A stretch of DNA of 64,000 nucleotides from Oscillospiraceae bacterium (GCA_020025595.1 JAHHRV010000007.1:44311-108310); one strand, 5' to 3'; shown: positions 52,394 through 63,729, numbered from the stretch's first letter. Notes: generated from the sequence alone by a model not told the origin. Translations and numbers: made by a program.

Positions 52394-53965
52394 TTACTCT
52401 TCTGCCTGTTCCAGTGTTTTTACATTCTCAATGGTCTTGCCCAGAGAGTAATAGAACACATTGTCCCGGGCCGGATGCATTTCATCCACCAAACCGCGCT
52501 TGCCGTAAACAGCATTGCTTCTGAACAGGATGGGAACCAACTGACCATTGTCCATGATTGCCTGATGGAGATTATAGTAGTTACCACTGTTTTCCAGAGC
52601 ATTCTGGCAAAGCGTATAACAAGCTGAATCAGACATACCGCCGTAGCTCAGTGCGCCGTAAGGTGCAAAGAACTCACTTAAATCCATGGTAGAAGTCAGC
52701 TTCGTCTGTCCCAGATACAAATCATAGTTGCCAGCCAGCAGGCCTTCCCGGTAATATCCGGTGGTATCGCTCTCCACCTTTACCACCAGGCCGCAGTCCG
52801 TCAGCATTCTTGCAATTTCACGGGCCGCCTGCAATCGGACAGAGTCACTCTTATTTACATACAGGATGATCTCCTTACCACGGAAACCGGCATCTGTCAC
52901 AGCCTGTTCAAACCGCGCCGAATCGAACCGGACTTTATTAGCAAGTCCCCGATGATAAAACGGAGAAGCCGGAGAAGCCGGCAAAGTGGCGATCATGCCA
53001 AAGCCGTTATAGTATTTTTCCAGAATCTGAGCACGATCAATTGCGAAGGTCAGCGCCTTGCGTACTTCCGGGTTGGAAAATACGCCGCTGGCAGAATTGC
53101 AGGCCAGATACAGGAACACGCCCGTATCCTCCTCCCACAGCTCATAGTCGCAACGGTATTCGGCATAGCTGCCTGCACCGGGATCTGCCGTCGAGATTCC
53201 CACATTTTCAAATTCAAATGCATCGCGGATATCTGTAGGGTTCTCAAAAGAACGCAGGGTGATGGACTCTGCTGTCAGCGGAACCGCTGCCTTGCACCAC
53301 CAGGTCTGGTTGCGCTGCAGCATCAGGCCGGATGCAGTGCTCTGCAGGCGGTACGGGCCGGAGCCAATGGGCTGCTCCGCTTCCAGCGTGTCTTTTTTCA
53401 CGATGGGGATCGTCAGCAGCATGGGCAGGTTCTCATAGGGAACATAGCTGGTCACTCTGACGGTACTGGCATCCAGCGCAGAAATCTCACCGATATAGTC
53501 GAATCTGCCTCTGTAGTAATCGCTTTCTCTTGCATACTGCAGGCTTGCCGCCACATCTTCGGCAGTCAGTGCGCTGCCATCAGCAAAGGTCGCAGTTTCC
53601 AGATGGAAGGTGTATACCGTCAAATCCTCTGAAACCGTGAAATCTTTGCACAAAATGGGCTCTGCCTCGTAATCGTGATTCATAACAAACAGGCTCTGGT
53701 ACAGCAAAGAAAACAGCATCCGATTATTGAAATTGGTGCACAGGTACGGATTAAATCCCTCTTTCGGATAGTAGGCAAGGGTGTATACATCTTTCTCTGA
53801 TTCCAGTTCGCCGGGTGCCTTCATCTCTGTGGGCTTGGTATATTCAGCCGGCTGGGTGTAATCCGCCAGGCCGTCGCCCGTCGGAACATACGCACCACCT
53901 GATTCACAGCCTGCAAACATTCCAAGCATCACCGCAAAACAAAGCAGTATCGCTATTTTTCTCAT
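52394..53965 (-). CDS. Family-5 (peptide/nickel, OppA/MppA-like) ABC substrate-binding lipoprotein, with no adjacent permease or ATPase
   Basis: The lipobox is MFAG|C. The length and motifs are SBP_bac_5-like. The start overlaps the pgeF stop as ATGA, with AAGGAGA inside the pgeF 3' end. Confidence 0.75.
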   Translation of the reverse strand: MRKIAILLCFAVMLGMFAGCESGGAYVPTGDGLADYTQPAEYTKPTEMKAPGELESEKDVYTLAYYPKEGFNPYLCTNFNNRMLFSLLYQSLFVMNHDYEAEPILCKDFTVSEDLTVYTFHLETATFADGSALTAEDVAASLQYARESDYYRGRFDYIGEISALDASTVRVTSYVPYENLPMLLTIPIVKKDTLEAEQPIGSGPYRLQSTASGLMLQRNQTWWCKAAVPLTAESITLRSFENPTDIRDAFEFENVGISTADPGAGSYAEYRCDYELWEEDTGVFLYLACNSASGVFSNPEVRKALTFAIDRAQILEKYYNGFGMIATLPASPASPFYHRGLANKVRFDSARFEQAVTDAGFRGKEIILYVNKSDSVRLQAAREIARMLTDCGLVVKVESDTTGYYREGLLAGNYDLYLGQTKLTSTMDLSEFFAPYGALSYGGMSDSACYTLCQNALENSGNYYNLHQAIMDNGQLVPILFRSNAVYGKRGLVDEMHPARDNVFYYSLGKTIENVKTLEQAEE

Positions 53966-54768
53966 GAATTATTATCTCCTTTGCAGACGATGATCGCCGC
54001 CATAGATCCCCGGTTCTTGCCGACAACACGGTGCGACCAGAATCGCTGGGGCTGGCACGCAGTACATTCTGTGCTTACATCCACAGCGATGACACCAGCC
54101 CTGTGCAAAAGTATCCGGTTAACACCCTTCAAATCCACATGGTACTTGTCCCCTGTCCGGGTGATGAACTGTTCTCCCTCAGCGCCCAGCACCTGCAGTA
54201 CCGCCTCCGGCACATCCGCATCTGTTTCAAAACAGCACTGGCCGATGTTGGGGCCAATGGCAGCGCTGATATTTTCCGGTCTGCAGCCATAGCTTTCGCA
54301 CATTGCTCTGACCGCATTTCCGGCAATATCTGCCACCGTTCCCCGCCAGCCGGCGTGGACGGCTCCTACGGCACCGGTTTCCCGATCCCACAGCAAAATG
54401 GGGGTACAGTCTGCGGTGAACGCAGCCAGTGCAAGACCCGGGGTGTTGGTAATCAGTGCATCGCACTCCGGTTCCACCGGTCGAAACAGGCCTTCGCCCG
54501 CATTTTCCGCACTGACTTTACGGACAATATTGGTATGGGTCTGACGGGTGAAAACCACATCTTCCGGGGTGAAGCCTACCGCATTGCCGAGAATGCGGTA
54601 GTTTTCCAATACATTTTCCATACTGTCTCCCCGGCTGGTGCCCAGGTTCAGGCTGTCCAGATATCCCGTGCTCACGCCGCCCAGACGGGTGGAAAAGCAA
54701 TGGGGGACTGCAATCAAATCAGAGGTCAGATATTCCAATTTTCCGTGTATTTCATTGATAAAGGCCAT
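53962..54768 (-). CDS. pgeF: Peptidoglycan editing factor PgeF (YfiH/DUF152, laccase-domain protein)
   Basis: The motifs are RQTHTN, TADCTPILL and HAGWRG. Confidence 0.88.
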   Translation of the reverse strand: MAFINEIHGKLEYLTSDLIAVPHCFSTRLGGVSTGYLDSLNLGTSRGDSMENVLENYRILGNAVGFTPEDVVFTRQTHTNIVRKVSAENAGEGLFRPVEPECDALITNTPGLALAAFTADCTPILLWDRETGAVGAVHAGWRGTVADIAGNAVRAMCESYGCRPENISAAIGPNIGQCCFETDADVPEAVLQVLGAEGEQFITRTGDKYHVDLKGVNRILLHRAGVIAVDVSTECTACQPQRFWSHRVVGKNRGSMAAIIVCKGDNNS

Positions 54769-54785
54769 ATCCTTCCTCCATTTAC

Positions 54786-57548
54786 TTATTCTCTACCGGC
54801 AGCGATATCCTTTTCTCTGCAGCACTTTTTATACTTCTTGCCGCTGCCGCAGGGACAGGGATCGTTGGGGCCGACCTTTTTCACGGCATTGCGCACAGGC
54901 TGCTTCTTCACAACGCTGTCGCCGTTGCCCACTGCGTGGATCTCCTTGGCGACCTTTTCACGCTTCACATCCTGGGCAGGCTTTACGCGGACCAGGAACA
55001 GACGGCGCACCATTTCTTCCTGAATGGCGTTGATGGTAGCCTCGAACATTTCATAGCCCTGCTCACGGTACTCGACGACAGGGTCATGCTGACCATAAGC
55101 TCTCAGGCCTACGCCCTGCTTCAGTTCGTCCATAGCATCGATGTGATCCATCCAGTACTCATCAACCACACGCAGCATGATAACACGCTCCAGCTCACGC
55201 ATGAGCTTGTCGCCGTAGGCGGCTTCCTTTGCCTGATAGGTCTTTTCTGCGTAGTCATACAGCTTCTGTCCCAGCTCACCGGGCTGCATCGCTGCAAGCT
55301 CTTCATCGCTGAACCGAACCAGTCCCTTGGGGAAATAGATGTTATCCATATGGGCCAACAGTGCAGCCAGCTCTTCCTGATTTGCAATCGCGCCCTGCTC
55401 TGCGGTCACGGTTGCAATCAGACCGTCGATAACTCTGTGCAGGTTGGTCATCACCGTATCTCTCAGGTTTTCGCCGTCGAGAACCTTGCGGCGCTGACCG
55501 TAAATCACCTCACGCTGGGTGTTCATAACATCGTCGTATTCCAGAACGCTCTTTCTGGAGCGGAAGTTCCGGCTTTCAACATTCTTCTGTGCGTTTTCTA
55601 CCGCATTGGACAGAATCTTCTGGTCGATGGGCGTATCCTCATCCAGGCCCAGCGTATCCATCATGGACATGATCCGCTCAGAAGAGAACAGACGCATCAG
55701 ATCGTCTTCCATGCTCAGATAGAAGCGGCTCTCGCCGGGGTCGCCCTGACGGCCTGCACGGCCACGGAGCTGATTGTCGATACGGCGGGATTCATGGCGC
55801 TCGGTGCCGATGATGAACAAGCCGCCGGCCTCTTTGACTTTGCGGGCATAGTCGGCAATCTGTGCCTTGTGGGCGCTGTACAGCTCTTCATACTGCTTGC
55901 GCACTGCCAGGATTTCCTGATCTTCTGTTTCTGCATAGGAGTTTGCCTCCTGCAGCAGTTCCTCGCTGACACCCTGCTTGCGCAGATCATTCAGCGCCAT
56001 ATACTCAGCATTACCGCCCAGCATGATATCGGTACCACGGCCTGCCATGTTGGTTGCGATGGTAACCGCACCATAGTAACCAGCCTGAGCAACGATCTGT
56101 GCTTCCATCTCGTGGTACTTGGCGTTCAGGACATTGTGAGGGATGCCTTCCTTCTTCAGCAGCTTGCTGAGGATCTCACTCTTTTCAATGGAAATGGTAC
56201 CGACCAGAACAGGCTGGCCCTTTTCGTGGCACTCTTTAACCTGACGGACGATGGCACGGAACTTGCCTGCCTCTGTCTTGTAAACCACATCGGGATGATC
56301 AATACGCGCAACGGGACGGTTGGTGGGAATTTCCACCACATCCAGCTTGTAGATGGTGCCGAATTCCTCTTCCTCGGTCAGTGCGGTACCGGTCATACCG
56401 GACAGCTTGTTGTACAGGCGGAAGAAGTTCTGGAAGGTAATGGTTGCCAGAGTCTTGGACTCCCCTGCCACCTTGACGCCTTCCTTGGCTTCGATTGCCT
56501 GGTGCAGGCCTTCGTTGTAGCGGCGGCCGTACATCAGACGACCGGTAAACTCGTCAACGATGATGATCTGGCCTTCCTTAACCACATAATCGATGTCCCT
56601 CTTCATCAGGCCGCGGGCCTTCATTGCCTGGTTGATGTGGTGAGAAAGGGTTGCATTGTCGGGATCGGCAAGGTTCTCCACGCCGAAGAACTTTTCTGCC
56701 TTCTCGATACCGGATGCCGTCAGAGAAACGGTCTTGGACTTTTCGTCCACAAAGTAGTCACAGTCGTAATCGTCCTGAACTTCTTTTTCATCGGTCTTGG
56801 CGAAAACCTGCTTGCGCAGCTTGGAAACAAAGGCATCTGCCATTTCATACAGCTTGGAAGAATCGTCGCCCTTGCCGGAAATGATCAGAGGGGTACGGGC
56901 TTCATCGATCAGGATGGAGTCCACTTCGTCGACGATGGCGAAGTTATGACCGCGCTGAACCATTTCTTCCTTATAAATAGCCATGTTATCACGAAGATAG
57001 TCAAAGCCCAGTTCGTTATTGGTACAGTAGGTGATATCTGCTGCATAGGCGACTTTTCGCTCTGCAGGGCTCATGCCGGGAACAACCAGACCGACGCTCA
57101 TGCCCATGTAGCGGTAGACCTTACCCATCCACTCGGAGTCACGGCGGGAAAGGTAATCGTTAACGGTAACAACATGAACGCCCTTCCCGGTCAGTGCATT
57201 CAGATAGCAGGGCAAAATGGCCACCAGTGTCTTACCTTCACCGGTCTTCATTTCTGCAATTCTGCCTTGATGCAGAATAATGCCGCCAATCAGCTGCACA
57301 GGATAGGGGCGCATACCCAGAACACGGTCAGCGGCCTCACGAATGGCTGCGAATGCTTCGGGCAGAAGATCATCCAAAGTTTCGCCCTTGGCAAGACGAT
57401 CCTTGAATTCATCGGTCTTTGCCTTCAGCGCTTCTTCGGACAATGCTTTATATTCATCCTCCAATCCCAGAATCTTGTCTACCAGGGGTTGGATCTTCTT
57501 GACCTCCCGATCAGATCGGGTGCCAAAGATTTTTGAGAACAATCCCAT
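54786..57548 (-). CDS. secA: Preprotein translocase ATPase SecA
   Basis: It is a full-length SecA with the C-terminal zinc motif [13 protein letters not shown]. The start at 57548 has the RBS GAAAGGAGA. Confidence 0.97.
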   Translation of the reverse strand: MGLFSKIFGTRSDREVKKIQPLVDKILGLEDEYKALSEEALKAKTDEFKDRLAKGETLDDLLPEAFAAIREAADRVLGMRPYPVQLIGGIILHQGRIAEMKTGEGKTLVAILPCYLNALTGKGVHVVTVNDYLSRRDSEWMGKVYRYMGMSVGLVVPGMSPAERKVAYAADITYCTNNELGFDYLRDNMAIYKEEMVQRGHNFAIVDEVDSILIDEARTPLIISGKGDDSSKLYEMADAFVSKLRKQVFAKTDEKEVQDDYDCDYFVDEKSKTVSLTASGIEKAEKFFGVENLADPDNATLSHHINQAMKARGLMKRDIDYVVKEGQIIIVDEFTGRLMYGRRYNEGLHQAIEAKEGVKVAGESKTLATITFQNFFRLYNKLSGMTGTALTEEEEFGTIYKLDVVEIPTNRPVARIDHPDVVYKTEAGKFRAIVRQVKECHEKGQPVLVGTISIEKSEILSKLLKKEGIPHNVLNAKYHEMEAQIVAQAGYYGAVTIATNMAGRGTDIMLGGNAEYMALNDLRKQGVSEELLQEANSYAETEDQEILAVRKQYEELYSAHKAQIADYARKVKEAGGLFIIGTERHESRRIDNQLRGRAGRQGDPGESRFYLSMEDDLMRLFSSERIMSMMDTLGLDEDTPIDQKILSNAVENAQKNVESRNFRSRKSVLEYDDVMNTQREVIYGQRRKVLDGENLRDTVMTNLHRVIDGLIATVTAEQGAIANQEELAALLAHMDNIYFPKGLVRFSDEELAAMQPGELGQKLYDYAEKTYQAKEAAYGDKLMRELERVIMLRVVDEYWMDHIDAMDELKQGVGLRAYGQHDPVVEYREQGYEMFEATINAIQEEMVRRLFLVRVKPAQDVKREKVAKEIHAVGNGDSVVKKQPVRNAVKKVGPNDPCPCGSGKKYKKCCREKDIAAGRE

Positions 57549-57663
57549 ATCAATTCTCCTTTCGGTATTTTCCTGTACCAGGGCATAGGAAACCATTTTC
57601 AGACATTATAGCACACCCGTCTGAAAAAGAATAGACATTTTTATGAACAATGATGCAAAACGC

Positions 57664-57694
57664 ATATAAAAAACCACCCCGGTTCGGGGTGGTT
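57664..57694 (-). terminator. Intrinsic terminator after rsmE
   Basis: The stem pairs aaccaccccg with cggggtggtt. The minus-strand T-run is tttttt. Confidence 0.85.
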
Positions 57695-57703
57695 TTCAGA
57701 ATA

Positions 57704-58435
57704 TCAGAATTCACCGGCAGCATACATCACTGCAGACAGTGCGCACAGCGGTGCTGTTTCGCAGCGCAGAATCCGTTTTCCCAGTGTGCAGACCTGAAAG
57801 CCTGCGTCCATTGCCTTCTGCACTTCGCTTTCTTCCAGACCGCCTTCGGGGCCGGTCAGCAGCGCAACGGTCTTGAATGTGTGCTCCGTCAGCGCCATAT
57901 GCAGCGTGGTGGCACGCTCATTTTCATAGAACATCATGGGAAGATCGGTCTGAGCGCCCCGCTTGAGTGCCTCCGCATAGCTGGGCAGAACCACGACCTG
58001 GGGAATTCTGCCCCGGCCGGACTGTTCTGCCGCAGATGCTGCGATCTTCTGCCAGCGCTCCAACTTTTTCTTCAGACTCTTTTCGTCAGGCTTTGATACA
58101 CACCGAGCAGAGGGAAATGCCACGATTTCATACGCGCCCAGCTCCGTTGCCTTTTGAATCACATGCTCCAGCTTGTCCGCCTTGGGAAAGGCCATGTATA
58201 CGCTGACCTGAACCGCCGGCTCAGAGTCAGAATCTCTGCGCTGAATCACATCCAGGGTAATCTCCTTCGGACATACTTCTGCCACCGCACAGAGGCACTC
58301 TCTGCCCTGTCCGTCGCAGACCAGCACCTGCTCGTTCTCCTTCAGCCGCAGCACCTTTGCATGGGCTGCGTTCTCTCCGGTCAGCACTACCTGCTCCTGC
58401 GCAAGCTGCTCCGGCTCTACAAAAAATCTTGTCAT
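57704..58435 (-). CDS. rsmE: 16S rRNA (uracil1498-N3)-methyltransferase
   Basis: It belongs to the RsmE family: RFFV......LTGE.A.H...VLRL and LLTGPEGG....E. Confidence 0.9.
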   Translation of the reverse strand: MTRFFVEPEQLAQEQVVLTGENAAHAKVLRLKENEQVLVCDGQGRECLCAVAEVCPKEITLDVIQRRDSDSEPAVQVSVYMAFPKADKLEHVIQKATELGAYEIVAFPSARCVSKPDEKSLKKKLERWQKIAASAAEQSGRGRIPQVVVLPSYAEALKRGAQTDLPMMFYENERATTLHMALTEHTFKTVALLTGPEGGLEESEVQKAMDAGFQVCTLGKRILRCETAPLCALSAVMYAAGEF

Positions 58436-58456
58436 AGACTACTCCTACTCATTATA

Positions 58457-59974
58457 TTAGGGATTCCCCAGATTGACTGCCCGATACTGAATGGCCTCTG
58501 CCAGATGCTCCGGTCGGATCTGCTCCGAGCCTGCAAGATCGGCTACCGTTCTTGCTACCTTCAGAATTCTGTCATAGCTGCGGGCGGTCAGTCCCATTGC
58601 ATCAAACGCCTGCTTCATCAGACTTGCGCAGGTGTCATCCAGCTGGCAATACTGGCGCAGATGCGCAGAATTCATCCGTGCATTGCATAGCCCGCTGTTT
58701 TCTCCGAATCTGCGGTGCTGAATATCCCGGGCTGCATCCACCCGCTGTTTGATTTTCTCAGAGGACTCTGCCACCTTCCGCTCCCGCAGCTCTTCAAAAT
58801 GCACCGCAGGCACTTCCACCACAATATCGATTCTGTCCAGCATGGGCCCGGAAATCCGGCTGCGATAGTTCTGCACGCTGCGCTCTGAGCAGGTGCATCT
58901 TCCGCTGGCATCGCCATACCAGCCGCATTTGCAGGGGTTCATTGCGCACACCAGCATAAATTCCGATGGATAGCTCACCGCTCCGGATGCACGGGAGATG
59001 GTAACCTTTCCATCTTCCAGCGGCTGGCGCATCAGATCCAGCGTATCCTTGTGAAACTCCGGAAGCTCGTCCAGAAACAGCACACCCATATGTGCCAGGG
59101 AAATCTCTCCGGGCTTTGGGTTGCTTCCGCCGCCGGCAAGACCTGCATTGGATATGGTATGATGCGGTGAACGGAAAGGCCTCTGGGTAACCAGCGGTTC
59201 TTTTGCAGACAGCATTCCCATCACCGAATAAATTTGACTGACTTCCAGCGATTCTTCTCGGGTCATTGCGGGCATAATAGAAGGCAGGCGCTTTGCAAGC
59301 ATGCTCTTTCCCGATCCCGGAGGTCCGATCAGCAGCACATTGTGACTGCCTGCCGCTGCTACTTCCAACGCACGCTTCACATTCTCCTGTCCCAGCACAT
59401 CCGCAAAATCCAGCATTTTCTGATTCTGCTGGGTGGGGACCCATTCTTCCTCCGGCTGAGCAGTGACAGCACCGTTGAGCAAATCCGCAACCTGACGCAG
59501 ATTCGATACCCCGTAGATCTTCGGTCCCCGGGCAAGGGTTGCTTCTGCCGCGTTTTCTGCCGGTACAAACAGGTTTTCAATTCCCTCCCGCTTCGCTGCC
59601 AGAGCCATGGGCAGCACGCCGTGGATGGGGCGAAGGCCTCCGTCCAGACCCAGCTCACCCAGAAACGCAGTCTTTGCAGACGGCCGTCTGATGGCACCGG
59701 CTGCACACAGGATGCTCAGCGCAATGGGCAGGTCATACTGCGATCCTGCCTTTTTCACATTCGCAGGTGCCAGATTGACCGTGATGCGGCTGACCGGAAA
59801 GGTAAATCCGCTCATCTTTGCTGCCGCACGGACACGCTCCCGCGCCTCTTTCACCGCAGCATCCGGCAGACCCACGATATCAAATCCCGGTAAACCGTTT
59901 GAGATATAGCATTCGGCAGTCACTGCACAGCCTTGAATACCCGTAATCGCCAGGGTAGATACGCTGCAAATCAC
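58457..59974 (-). CDS. comM: YifB/ComM-family Mg-chelatase-like AAA+ ATPase
   Basis: The motifs are ISNGLPGFDIVGLPDAAVKEARERV and the Walker A LLIGPPGSGKS. The GTG start at 59974 has GGAGGG 6 nt upstream. The track ORF extends to 60010. Confidence 0.9.
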   Translation of the reverse strand: MICSVSTLAITGIQGCAVTAECYISNGLPGFDIVGLPDAAVKEARERVRAAAKMSGFTFPVSRITVNLAPANVKKAGSQYDLPIALSILCAAGAIRRPSAKTAFLGELGLDGGLRPIHGVLPMALAAKREGIENLFVPAENAAEATLARGPKIYGVSNLRQVADLLNGAVTAQPEEEWVPTQQNQKMLDFADVLGQENVKRALEVAAAGSHNVLLIGPPGSGKSMLAKRLPSIMPAMTREESLEVSQIYSVMGMLSAKEPLVTQRPFRSPHHTISNAGLAGGGSNPKPGEISLAHMGVLFLDELPEFHKDTLDLMRQPLEDGKVTISRASGAVSYPSEFMLVCAMNPCKCGWYGDASGRCTCSERSVQNYRSRISGPMLDRIDIVVEVPAVHFEELRERKVAESSEKIKQRVDAARDIQHRRFGENSGLCNARMNSAHLRQYCQLDDTCASLMKQAFDAMGLTARSYDRILKVARTVADLAGSEQIRPEHLAEAIQYRAVNLGNP

Positions 59975-60131
59975 CTGAATCCCTCCAAATTTCAACACTT
60001 GTAACATCATACCCTACCGTGTTCAAAAAGGCAATCCCCTCAAATCTCTTTCTTCCGATACATTTGACATATTTATGCCAAAACGCACAGTTTCGATGGA
60101 ATAATTTAGTTGTAAGTATCGAAATCTCAGC

Positions 60132-60160
60132 TTTACAAACGGAAGGAAAGATGGTATTAT
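60132..60160 (+). promoter_or_regulatory. Candidate sigma-A promoter of nifJ
   Basis: TTTACA, a 17-nt spacer and TATTAT. Confidence 0.55.
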
Positions 60161-60201
60161 ATATGGGACAAAATTTGTAATACTTTAGGAGGTATTTCGT
60201 T

Positions 60202-63200
60202 TTGGCTAGAAAATTTAAAACCATGGACGGCAATACTGCTGCCGCCCACGTCAGTTATGCCTTTACTGAGGTCGCTGGCATTTACCCCATTACCCCCTCC
60301 AGCCCCATGGCCGACTATGTCGATCAGTGGTCCGCTGCTGGCCGTAAGAACATCTTCGGCGACACTGTAAAGGTTGTCGAGATGCAGTCCGAGGCTGGTG
60401 CATCCGGTACTGTTCACGGTTCTCTGGCTGCTGGTGCCCTGACCACCACCTACACCGCATCTCAGGGCCTGCTGCTGATGATCCCCAACATGTACAAGAT
60501 CGCCGGCGAACTGCTGCCCTGCGTGTTCCATGTATCCGCTCGTACTGTCGCTGCTCAGGCTCTGAACATCTTCGGTGATCACTCCGACGTTTACGCCTGC
60601 CGTCAGACCGGTTTCGCTATGCTGTGTGAGACCAACGTGCAGGAAGTTATGGACCTGGGCGCTGTTGCTCACCTGGCTTCCATCGAAGGTCGCGTTCCCT
60701 TCATCAACTTCTTCGACGGTTTCCGTACTTCCCACGAGATCCAGAAGGTCGCTATCTGGGATTACGACGATCTGAAGGAAATGGTCAACATGGACGCTGT
60801 GGATGCATTCCGCAAGCACTCCCTGAACCCCGAGCGCCCCGCAATGCGTGGTTCTCACGAGAACGACGACATCTTCTTCCAGCATCGTGAAGCCTGCAAC
60901 AAGTACTACGACGCACTGCCCGCAGTTGTTGAGAAGTACATGGCTAAGGTCAACGAGAAGCTGGGTACCAACTATCAGCTGTTCAACTACTATGGCGCTC
61001 CTGATGCAGACCGCATCATCATCGCTATGGGTTCCATCAACGACGTGGCTGAGGAAGTCATCGACTACCTGAACGCTCACGGCGAAAAGGTCGGCCTGGT
61101 TAAGGTCCGTCTGTTCCGTCCCTTCTGCCCCGAGAAGCTGCTGGCAGCTATTCCCGAGACTGTTAAGAAGATCGCTGTTCTGGACCGTACCAAGGAGCCC
61201 GGTTCTCAGGGCGAGCCTCTTTACATGGATGTCGTCATGGCTCTGGCCAATGCCGGCAAGAACGATGTAAAGGTTATCGGCGGCCGTTACGGTCTGGGTT
61301 CTAAGGATACCCACCCCGCTTCCGTCTTCGCAGTTTACGAAGAGCTGGCTAAGGACGCTCCCAAGCACGAGTTCACTCTGGGTATCGTCGACGACGTTAC
61401 TCACCTGTCTCTGGAGGAGAAGCCCTCTCCCAACACCGCAGCTGAAGGCACCATCGAGTGCAAGTTCTGGGGTCTGGGCGGCGACGGTACCGTTGGTGCT
61501 AACAAGAACTCCATCAAGATCATCGGCGACCACACCGGCAAGTTCGTACAGGCTTACTTCCAGTACGACTCCAAGAAGACCGGCGGTGTTACCGTTTCTC
61601 ACCTGCGTTTCGGTGACAAGGAAATCAAGTCTCCCTACTACATCAACAAGGCTGACTTCGTTGCATGTCACAACCCCTCTTATATTACCAAGGGCTTTAA
61701 GATCGTTCAGGACGTTAAGCCCGGCGGTGTATTCCTGATCAACTGCCAGTGGAACCTGGAAGAGCTGAGCCATCACCTGGATGCAGCTTCCAAGCGTTAC
61801 ATTGCTAACAACAACATTCAGCTGTACACCATCAACGCTATCGACCTGGCTATCAAGGTTGGCATGGGCAAGCGCACCAACACCATCCTGCAGTCCGCTT
61901 TCTTCTCCCTGGCTAAGGTTATGCCCAGCGAAGAGGCTATCGGCTACATGAAGGCCGCTGCTGAGGCTTCCTACCTGAAGAAGGGCCGCGACGTTGTTGA
62001 CGCTAACTGGAATGCTATCGACGCCGGCGCTACCGCTTACGTCAAGGTTGATGTTCCCGCTGACTGGGCTACCGCAGAAGACAACGCTTCTGATGCAGCT
62101 CTGGAAGGCAATGCAGCTACCGTTGCAATGGTCAAGAACATCCTGAACCCCATCGGCAAGATGGATGGCTACAGCCTGCCTGTTTCCGCTTTCGAAGACT
62201 ATGCTGACGGCCAGTTCACTCTGGGTGCAGCTGCTTACGAGAAGCGCGGCGTTGCTGTTACCGTTCCCGAGTGGGATCAGACCAAGTGTATCCAGTGTAA
62301 CAACTGTTCTTACGTCTGTCCTCACGCTACCATTCGTCCCTACGCTCTGACCGAGGCCGAGGCTGCTGCAGCTCCCGCTGGCACCAAGATGGTTCCCGTC
62401 AAGGCTGGCAAGGGCAAGGGTGTTTACACCTACGCTCTGGCTATCTCTCCTCTGGACTGCATGGGCTGTGGCGTCTGTGTCAATGTCTGCCCTGTCGGCG
62501 CTATCAAGATGGTTCCTCAGGAATCTCAGCTGCCTGAGCAGGAAGTCTTCAACTACATGGTTTCCAAGGTTGCTGACAAGCCCGACATGATGGACAACAC
62601 CGTCAAGGGTTCTCAGTTCCGCAAGCCTCTGCTGGAGTTCTCTGGCTCCTGCGCCGGCTGTGCAGAAACCAGCTACGCTCGTCTGGTCACTCAGCTGTTC
62701 GGCGATCGTATGTATATCTCTAATGCTACCGGCTGTTCCTCCATCTGGGGCGGTCCTGCTGCAACTTCTCCCTACACCGTAAATGCTGACGGCCACGGTC
62801 CCGCATGGGCTAACTCCCTGTTCGAGGACAACGCTGAGCACGGTCTGGGTATGTACACTGCACAGGCAGTCCTCCGTGAGTCCCTGGCTAACAAGGTCAA
62901 GGCTGTCATGGAGAACACCTCTTCCGAGGAGCGCAAGGCTGCTTGCCAGAACTGGCTGGATACCTTCAACGACGGCGAAGCTAACAAGGCTGCTACCAAG
63001 GCTCTGATTGCTGACCTGGAAGCAAATGTCTGCTGCGACACCGTTAAGGACATCCTGTCCAAGAAGGAATACCTGTCCAAGAAGTCCGTCTGGATCTTCG
63101 GTGGTGACGGCTGGGCATACGACATCGGCTTCGGCGGTGTTGACCATGTTCTGGCTTCCAACATGGACGTTAACATCTTCGTCTTCGATACCGAAGTTTA

Positions 63201-63729
63201 CTCCAACACCGGTGGACAGGCTTCCAAGGCTTCCAACATCGGCCAGGTTGCTCAGTTTGCAGCTTCCGGTAAGGAAACCAAGAAGAAGTCTCTGTCCGAG
63301 ATCGCAATGAGCTATGGCTACGTTTATGTTGCTCAGATCGCTATGGGCGCTAACCCCGCTCAGACCATCAAGGCAATCACCGAGGCTGAAGCTTACCACG
63401 GTCCTTCCCTGATCATTGGCTACGCTCCCTGTGAGATGCACTCCATCAAGGGCGGCATGACCAACTGCCAGGCTGAGATGAAGAAGGCTGTTGATTGCGG
63501 CTACTGGAACCTGTTCCGCTTTGATCCTTCCAAGGAGACCGGCAAGTTCACTCTGGACTCCAAGGCTCCTAAGGATGGCTACCAGGCATTCCTGATGAAC
63601 GAAGCTCGTTACAGCCGTCTGACCCGCGAGTTCCCCGAGCGTGCTACCGACCTGTTCGCTAAGAACGAGGCTGCCGCTAAGGAGCGTTACGAGCATCTGC
63701 TCAAGCTGGTTGAGATGTACAAGGACTAA
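60202..63729 (+). CDS. nifJ: Pyruvate:ferredoxin (flavodoxin) oxidoreductase
   Basis: The protein is 1175 aa. It has TMDGNTAAAHVSYAFTEV, two 4Fe-4S motifs (CIQCNNCSYVCPH, CMGCGVCVNVCP) and the TPP domain GGDGWAYDIG. The TTG start has AGGAGG 8 nt upstream. Confidence 0.96.
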   Translation: MARKFKTMDGNTAAAHVSYAFTEVAGIYPITPSSPMADYVDQWSAAGRKNIFGDTVKVVEMQSEAGASGTVHGSLAAGALTTTYTASQGLLLMIPNMYKIAGELLPCVFHVSARTVAAQALNIFGDHSDVYACRQTGFAMLCETNVQEVMDLGAVAHLASIEGRVPFINFFDGFRTSHEIQKVAIWDYDDLKEMVNMDAVDAFRKHSLNPERPAMRGSHENDDIFFQHREACNKYYDALPAVVEKYMAKVNEKLGTNYQLFNYYGAPDADRIIIAMGSINDVAEEVIDYLNAHGEKVGLVKVRLFRPFCPEKLLAAIPETVKKIAVLDRTKEPGSQGEPLYMDVVMALANAGKNDVKVIGGRYGLGSKDTHPASVFAVYEELAKDAPKHEFTLGIVDDVTHLSLEEKPSPNTAAEGTIECKFWGLGGDGTVGANKNSIKIIGDHTGKFVQAYFQYDSKKTGGVTVSHLRFGDKEIKSPYYINKADFVACHNPSYITKGFKIVQDVKPGGVFLINCQWNLEELSHHLDAASKRYIANNNIQLYTINAIDLAIKVGMGKRTNTILQSAFFSLAKVMPSEEAIGYMKAAAEASYLKKGRDVVDANWNAIDAGATAYVKVDVPADWATAEDNASDAALEGNAATVAMVKNILNPIGKMDGYSLPVSAFEDYADGQFTLGAAAYEKRGVAVTVPEWDQTKCIQCNNCSYVCPHATIRPYALTEAEAAAAPAGTKMVPVKAGKGKGVYTYALAISPLDCMGCGVCVNVCPVGAIKMVPQESQLPEQEVFNYMVSKVADKPDMMDNTVKGSQFRKPLLEFSGSCAGCAETSYARLVTQLFGDRMYISNATGCSSIWGGPAATSPYTVNADGHGPAWANSLFEDNAEHGLGMYTAQAVLRESLANKVKAVMENTSSEERKAACQNWLDTFNDGEANKAATKALIADLEANVCCDTVKDILSKKEYLSKKSVWIFGGDGWAYDIGFGGVDHVLASNMDVNIFVFDTEVYSNTGGQASKASNIGQVAQFAASGKETKKKSLSEIAMSYGYVYVAQIAMGANPAQTIKAITEAEAYHGPSLIIGYAPCEMHSIKGGMTNCQAEMKKAVDCGYWNLFRFDPSKETGKFTLDSKAPKDGYQAFLMNEARYSRLTREFPERATDLFAKNEAAAKERYEHLLKLVEMYKD

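Noticed and set aside
54936-57536. An 866-aa ORF antisense to secA, and similarly 60157-63756 antisense to nifJ and 39879-40931 antisense to aroC/pheA
   Set aside because: The reasoning is the same. The sense genes are unambiguous, and the antisense frames stay open only because of codon and GC bias.
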